Shown here one piece after another: positions 49,769-64,000 of a stretch of DNA of 64,000 bases. Made by a program: the position numbers and the translations under genes. The DNA is from Hydrurus foetidus (Eukaryota), in assembly GCA_900617105.1 (NCBI GenBank), contig UYFQ01000083.1, positions 62,001 through 126,000 of the forward strand, written 5' to 3'. The notes below the pieces were generated by a model. That model had not been told where the DNA came from, searched no databases, and worked only from the letters and a program-made list of their open reading frames with translations. Within the stretch, counting starts at the first letter, position 1. The number at the start of each line of letters is the position of its first letter.

Positions 49769-52700
49769 TCAAGCGGAGAGAGTGTTGTCGATCACTTCTG
49801 CTATGATTCGCTGTGTGTGTTTCAACGCCGCCTCTTCCAGCAATCCCTTGAGAGCTCCTATGAATGAAAATATTGAATACAGAATAAAAATACGGAACAC
49901 AGAATACAAAACACGAAATAACACTTTTGAAATTAAAATAAATTGATGTGAGAAGATTAGGCAATAGCTGTAATATGCTTTGCACTATGATAAGCTTTAA
50001 ATCGCTTTTTTGACAGGCAAAATAGTGGAAATTACATCAAATAATGTCGTACCTATTTCGAGATCGAGCTCTTGCAGTTGTGTTTGTGCGGTGTCTTCAT
50101 TTAATACGGCATTTATGTTGTTGAAATTGAGGTTAGAAGAACCCGTAAAAGTGGGAACTTGTCCGTACGTACAGTATGAATTGTACGTGCTGGAATTAGG
50201 TCTCGGGATTTTATTTGAATTTGTCGATTGTGTTGTGTGTGTTGTGGTTGTGTTCGTTGAGTTTGTGTGGAGATTCCGGCTGCTATGTCTGCCATCGCTA
50301 TTGCTATTATTCTTGTCATTACTCTTGCTATTTCTGTGACTGTTACTGGCGTTGTTACTGTTTTTGTCATCGTTGTTGTTCTGTGCGTTGGAGGTGCTGG
50401 TGTAGCTGTTACTTCTACTGCGTCCGGAATTGTTATTACTATCGTTGAAATTATCATTTCTACTGCCACTCTTACTATTTCCATTACGACTGTTATTGTT
50501 TCTGTTATCATAGTTGTTGTTATTGTAAGTATTGTTGTTTTTTCTACTATTTCTATTTTCGCTTCTTTCATAATAGCTCTCATGATTTGAACTTACATTA
50601 GAATTTGTTTCGTAATTGTTTTTGTTTTCGCTGTGGGCATTTTTTGTTTTATCTCTATTTCTGTTATTGTTGTTGTCACCATTGTAAATCTTGTTTGTGT
50701 AATCATCATCAAAATTACTGTCACTAGTATCATCTTTATTGCTATCCTCATCGTTATCATCACTTTCATCATGATTTTCATTTCTAGCCCTATAAACATT
50801 TTTATTAAAATCACTGTCATCATTTCTTCGAACATAATTAGCATGGTTATTCTGTCCCAATTCGCCTCCAAAATTCTTCATTAAATCTCTGTCTATAACA
50901 CTGTAATCAGAAGCTTGTCTATTTTTCTCTTTTCTGTCTACAAACTCACCAGAAAATTTATTTACGGATTTGTTGTTTTTCACGGATTTGGAATTTTTCT
51001 GTATATTTTTGTCTTCACTTTTTTCCCGATATTCCTTCATTTCTTTCCTCTTCTTTCTTCTTAATTCCATAATATAATCCTCATCATCTCCACGATCATC
51101 ATCTCTCTTCTCAAAATTCATTTTTTCTTCTTTTTGCACTTGACTTTCTACTCGTTCTTCTACCAGTTTATTGGCGTTTTGAATGTCTTTATAAAAGGAT
51201 TCCAACTCTTTCCGTAATCCACGAGAAGTTTTCTGTTAGTACAAAAATACGGAAAAAAATATCAGATTATACTTTATGAAAATAAATAAACAAATATCAA
51301 AATACGCTAAACAAAACTTATGTGACGAGGTGGAGAAAGAAGAGAAATATTTCATGAAAAATATCGATTTCCAAAGGGTCATTAAATTATTAATTCGTTA
51401 CTTTAAAATGAGAATTGACTTTACCTTTTCTGATTTCAGTTCTTCTAGTATCTGCGCCATTTCGTTGCGGGACCTATATTGACGTAATTAAGCCATTTCA
51501 ATTAATTAATCAATTAATGAATTATACTAATGTAGTATAGATGATACTGTTCTACGTGAGTGTGGATAGCGTGTAAGACATGATGTGAATATTACGAAAT
51601 AACATTCATGTAGCACAGCATGGCAATGCAGTGCAGCGCAAATCGGTATAACACAGTGGCGTTCATATAGTACGACGGCATGACAACGCGTCACACGTAA
51701 AAATATTTCAGTGCTTGCGCTTCCGATGCTCAACATATCACGGCTGTTGGACTACTTGACAATTTTCGAAAATGTTACCTAAATATGTTCAAGTTCGCAA
51801 AATAGAAGGAGCTGAAATATACAGTGTTGCATCGTAACATCGGTCTAATCATATCTAATTCGATATCAATTGATCTACACCAGGATATCTCTATCTAATA
51901 AGGTGTATCAAAAAATTTAAGGTGACGTCATCAACATCACCATCACTATCAACGTAATAACCACTGTTACTGTAATCGTGAATACATTTATCATCAGTGC
52001 CTCACGACAGCCAATCTATAACAAGAGAATGACACACATCAACTCAACATGAAGATAATATTTCCCCAAAGTGTTGGGTATACTATCAATCACCAGATGT
52101 CAGAACAACACATATCAGAATCACACCGTCTTTTCTTGTAGGCGAATACCAGTATCAAGCACCCAAGCACCAAAGGCACAATACTGTCTATCACTTCATC
52201 AACTCTCCAAAACAACAATCTTGTCACCTAACGATTGCCAATCTGTAATGGGGGATGAGATCGGATGAACTCGCCCCTTGTTGATCCTGCAACAACCCCT
52301 TGAGGTCAAGATTTGCACTGGACAGCTTCTCGTTCTCATGCTCTGAACGGGTAGAGAAAGGGAAAGGGAAAGGGGGAGAAATTTGGCGTAAGAAGGGTAG
52401 AATATTCAGAAAGAGAAAAGAAGGAAACGGGAAGGTAAGAGGAAGAGAGAAGGGAATCAAGATGGGGAAACGTGGATAGAGGTGAATCAGAATGTGTGTC
52501 GAAGTGGAGTTACTATTGAGGAGCCAGTGAGCAATGGAGACGAAGATATGAGGATACAGTGAAGGTGGCAATCATTCGATCACCATATCTAATAGTCGAA
52601 AATAAAGCAAACTTTCTGCCAATAATAAAAATTCGGAATTCATGATTTTGATTTTGTATCACACCTAAATGTTTGCACATTTCGAGTAGCATATTGTCCA

Positions 52701-54314
52701 ATCGCTCAGTGTTGCCAGACCCAGAACCAATTCCAGATGAAAAATTAGGTAAGGAATTCGAAACCGAAGATGATGACATATTTTTAAGATCATACTTCAA
52801 TCGTAATTTGATTAAATCTTTGTCACTTTCTATGTTACTTGTATTTTGTAAGGTAAGCCGTGGATCTGTCGGATTCTTGTTTGTGTCGACTGAATCTCGC
52901 ATACCCTCAATTCCTTGTCTTGTTTTCATGAGTAGACCCATAACTGTTTTCGATCCACATGCATGTCTGCCATGTAGTGTGCTACTCTCAATGGCTGAAA
53001 GTGAAATATGAGAGGGGGAGAGAGAAGAAGAGATGATAAATGATATCGTCATAAGTATGATATCGTGATAGAAATGAGGGCAGAAATTCACGGAAATAAT
53101 TCAATAAAGAAATTAATAATATTGCTATGATGTCTGACCGCAGCAATACTTGATGTTGACTAATCAGTTAACATAGTAGAAAATACAACAACAAGAGTAA
53201 TTACAGCGGATGGCAATTATTATGATAGTAGTTATAGGAATGATGGTATGAGGAATTATGTCGAGCAATAACAGTGATAAAAATAACAGTGACGACTATA
53301 ATGACACGTTACACTACTTCTACATCGCAATAAAATCATTCCAATGTCCTGCTCTTATACGATGACTGAATTATTTTTCATATCTTACCTGCTACAAATC
53401 GAATCAGTCGGTTACAAGACTCGTGAATCTGTCCCATTCTAAGCCCCATCTCATTTTTATTCGTCTCAATAAGTTTTCGTAATGTTTCATTTTCAATAGT
53501 TGCATTGTTACGAAATTCAATCAACTCTTTTAATTGTGCATTTTGAGAATCTTCTTTCAGTTTTCTTTCGGCTTCTTCTTTTATTTTAAATTCACGTGCT
53601 AGAATTTGATTTTTCATGCTTTTTACTTCACCATTTCCTGAGGGCTGGGGAAGAGAAGACGACAATGATCTTATCCCTATTGGCCTGTCAAACCTACTGT
53701 CTCCACCATCGTATGGTTTACTCCCAAATTGAGAGGATTTGTTGTCTTTTTTTGCTTGAAAATCTCGATCTGTTCGGGAGTTTTTTTGTCTTCGTGAAGA
53801 TGACTGATTAAAATTGCCCCGTTGATTTTGAAATTGTTCATCGTCGTCATCATCATCATCACCACTGGTACTCCTCATTTTTTCTGATTCGTTGCCTTGA
53901 TTCTCAATATCTCTGTAGCTTCTCCGGGCTCCTTTGAAATCCATATTCTGTCCTAAGCTACGAGATGCAGCATTCTTACTTTCATTCTTTGATTTTATTT
54001 CCTTGACAGCAGAAATATACTCATATCTCATTTCCTTCAGATCTAATTCTCTTTGATTTAGCTGCTCTTGGAGTCTTCTGATTTCTTCTGCTTGGACATT
54101 GCAGATATTTGACAGAGATGACGACGCGCTTCCTCTACTCTGATAAGACGTAGGAACTCTTGCATCGCTTGAAGAAGTGTCAGTATCTCGATCCATTCTG
54201 GTCCGATCACTCCTTATTTTCCTCAAATGGTTCTGCACATCTCGCTGATCAATATTCGACTGCTGCTTATTCATCATAGCCTCGAATGCGTTGCGACGTG
54301 CATCAGCTACTCTC
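49769..54314 (-). CDS. Hypothetical coiled-coil protein with Asn/Asp/Ser-rich region, multi-exon (5' end unresolved)
   Basis: Long open exons ~54314-53389, ~52996-52585, ~52343-52228, ~51233-50053 and last exon 49857-49769 (ELDLEI-GALKGLLEEAA...LSA*); heptad-like segments EEIRRLQEQLNQRELDLKEM. Confidence 0.65.
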
Positions 54315-55486
54315 TACAGAAGGGAATCATCACGTTCAAAAAGCTTCAGAGTTGTGGATGCATTAAAGTGGTAATTGAGATCAGAGTTATGGACACAGTC
54401 ACAAAATTGTGTGTGATGCTTTTGATGAAGCAGACATGATGAAAGAAAACATTTACAGATCTAATCTCATACCGACATAAATTGGTACCCTTTGATTGAA
54501 AGGGGAAGCGGGTTTGGTAGACGACAAATTTAAGGCAAGAACGCTTTACGAGGTTGTACACAAGGTATGTGCATTTCTTGCAAGGGCTGTCAACAGCTAC
54601 AGTTACATCTCATGGTCTGCTACACGCAATTGGCATTAATTGGCGAGGGAGTCGATGTGTCACGTGTGAGGTGCGAAGTATAGCCGTTACTAATGGAAGA
54701 AGTGTGGTGTTCCGGATAAAAATGGTTTGGTTTTGTGATCGAGTGTGATCGTGGATACTTGACACTGCACAATAATAAGATACTACAACAGGCGAGGATA
54801 AGTGGAGTAAATATAAATGGAAATGTAACATACTTTGAAAGTCTGTTACCGTATCTAATCCTCATTGATAACAAATATGTTTTATTTCAATAATGAATTA
54901 AACATAAAAGATCTATGCAAAGTACTTGATGTAGGATATTGAATTCAAAAAGATTTGACGGAGTAGTTAGGGATATTAGATCTTCTATGATTTGCTGCAG
55001 CCGCTCACCTACTCTGGCGATTGAGAAATTTGATTGAAGAAATTAAATTTGCAGAAATGCAGCGTTGCCGGCAAAGAATTACTATCGCATCTAGTTATCT
55101 CGAAAAGAACTCATAGTTGCAGAATCTGAAGGCTATAATATTTGAGATAGAGATGATGAAAACGAATAACGACTGCTACGAATCAAAATCAAGGGAGAAT
55201 GACATCCGGAATGAAGTAAAACGGAGAATCAAAGCATGAAATAGCTGCTCCTATCTCGAAATTCGCTGATGAAGACGATTTTCATTTTCACTTCTGAAAA
55301 TCAATCCCATCTGATTTCTGATTGATTCCATCTGAAATTCCCTTGAAGTGGAGGGAAACTCAACTTGCCTATGAATCATATCAAATCATGATAATGCAAA
55401 GGCTCATGCTGGGAGGGACTTCGTTTATTCGCAACTAGTCGGCATTTTGAGTAGCCGATCTTCGAATCCAAAACGCAAAAGAAAAC

Positions 55487-64000
<8,514 letters not shown>

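Noticed and set aside
54346..55480. Short ORFs between the coiled-coil gene and TMEM67
   Set aside because: No motif or coherent exon chain; more likely 5' exons/UTR of the coiled-coil gene and a divergent promoter

Overview
Intron-rich, AT-rich eukaryotic nuclear DNA. It is probably from a flagellated protist, and a stramenopile/ochrophyte is my inference from gene content and style, not something the sequence proves. Nothing prokaryotic was recognised, and no rRNA, tRNA or CRISPR array. Host genes from left to right: (1) 3' part of a spliced gene joining an acyl-carrier (phosphopantetheine) domain to a divergent DGAT2-like acyltransferase; (2) a lesioned sedolisin/TPP1 (S53) peptidase pseudogene; (3) a membrane-anchored tyrosinase-family gene; (4) a HAD-IIIA phosphatidylglycerophosphatase-like gene; (5) a WDCP-like WD40/coiled-coil gene with one frameshift; (6) SAYSD1; (7) a small membrane ORF; (8) lipoyl synthase; (9) a PP2C phosphatase; (10) an Asn-rich coiled-coil gene; (11) the 5' part of meckelin (TMEM67). 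Mobile DNA: an apparently intact 4.7-kb Sola2-like DNA transposon (25-bp TIRs, CATG TSD, 1175-aa intronless transposase), a 747-bp near-perfect palindromic foldback element and two intronic MITEs. Introns are inflated by pentanucleotide and tetranucleotide microsatellites, which produce most of the spurious ORFs in the track. Exon models were read by eye from GT/GC-AG sites, phase compatibility and protein motifs. Family assignments come from remembered motifs, not database searches.
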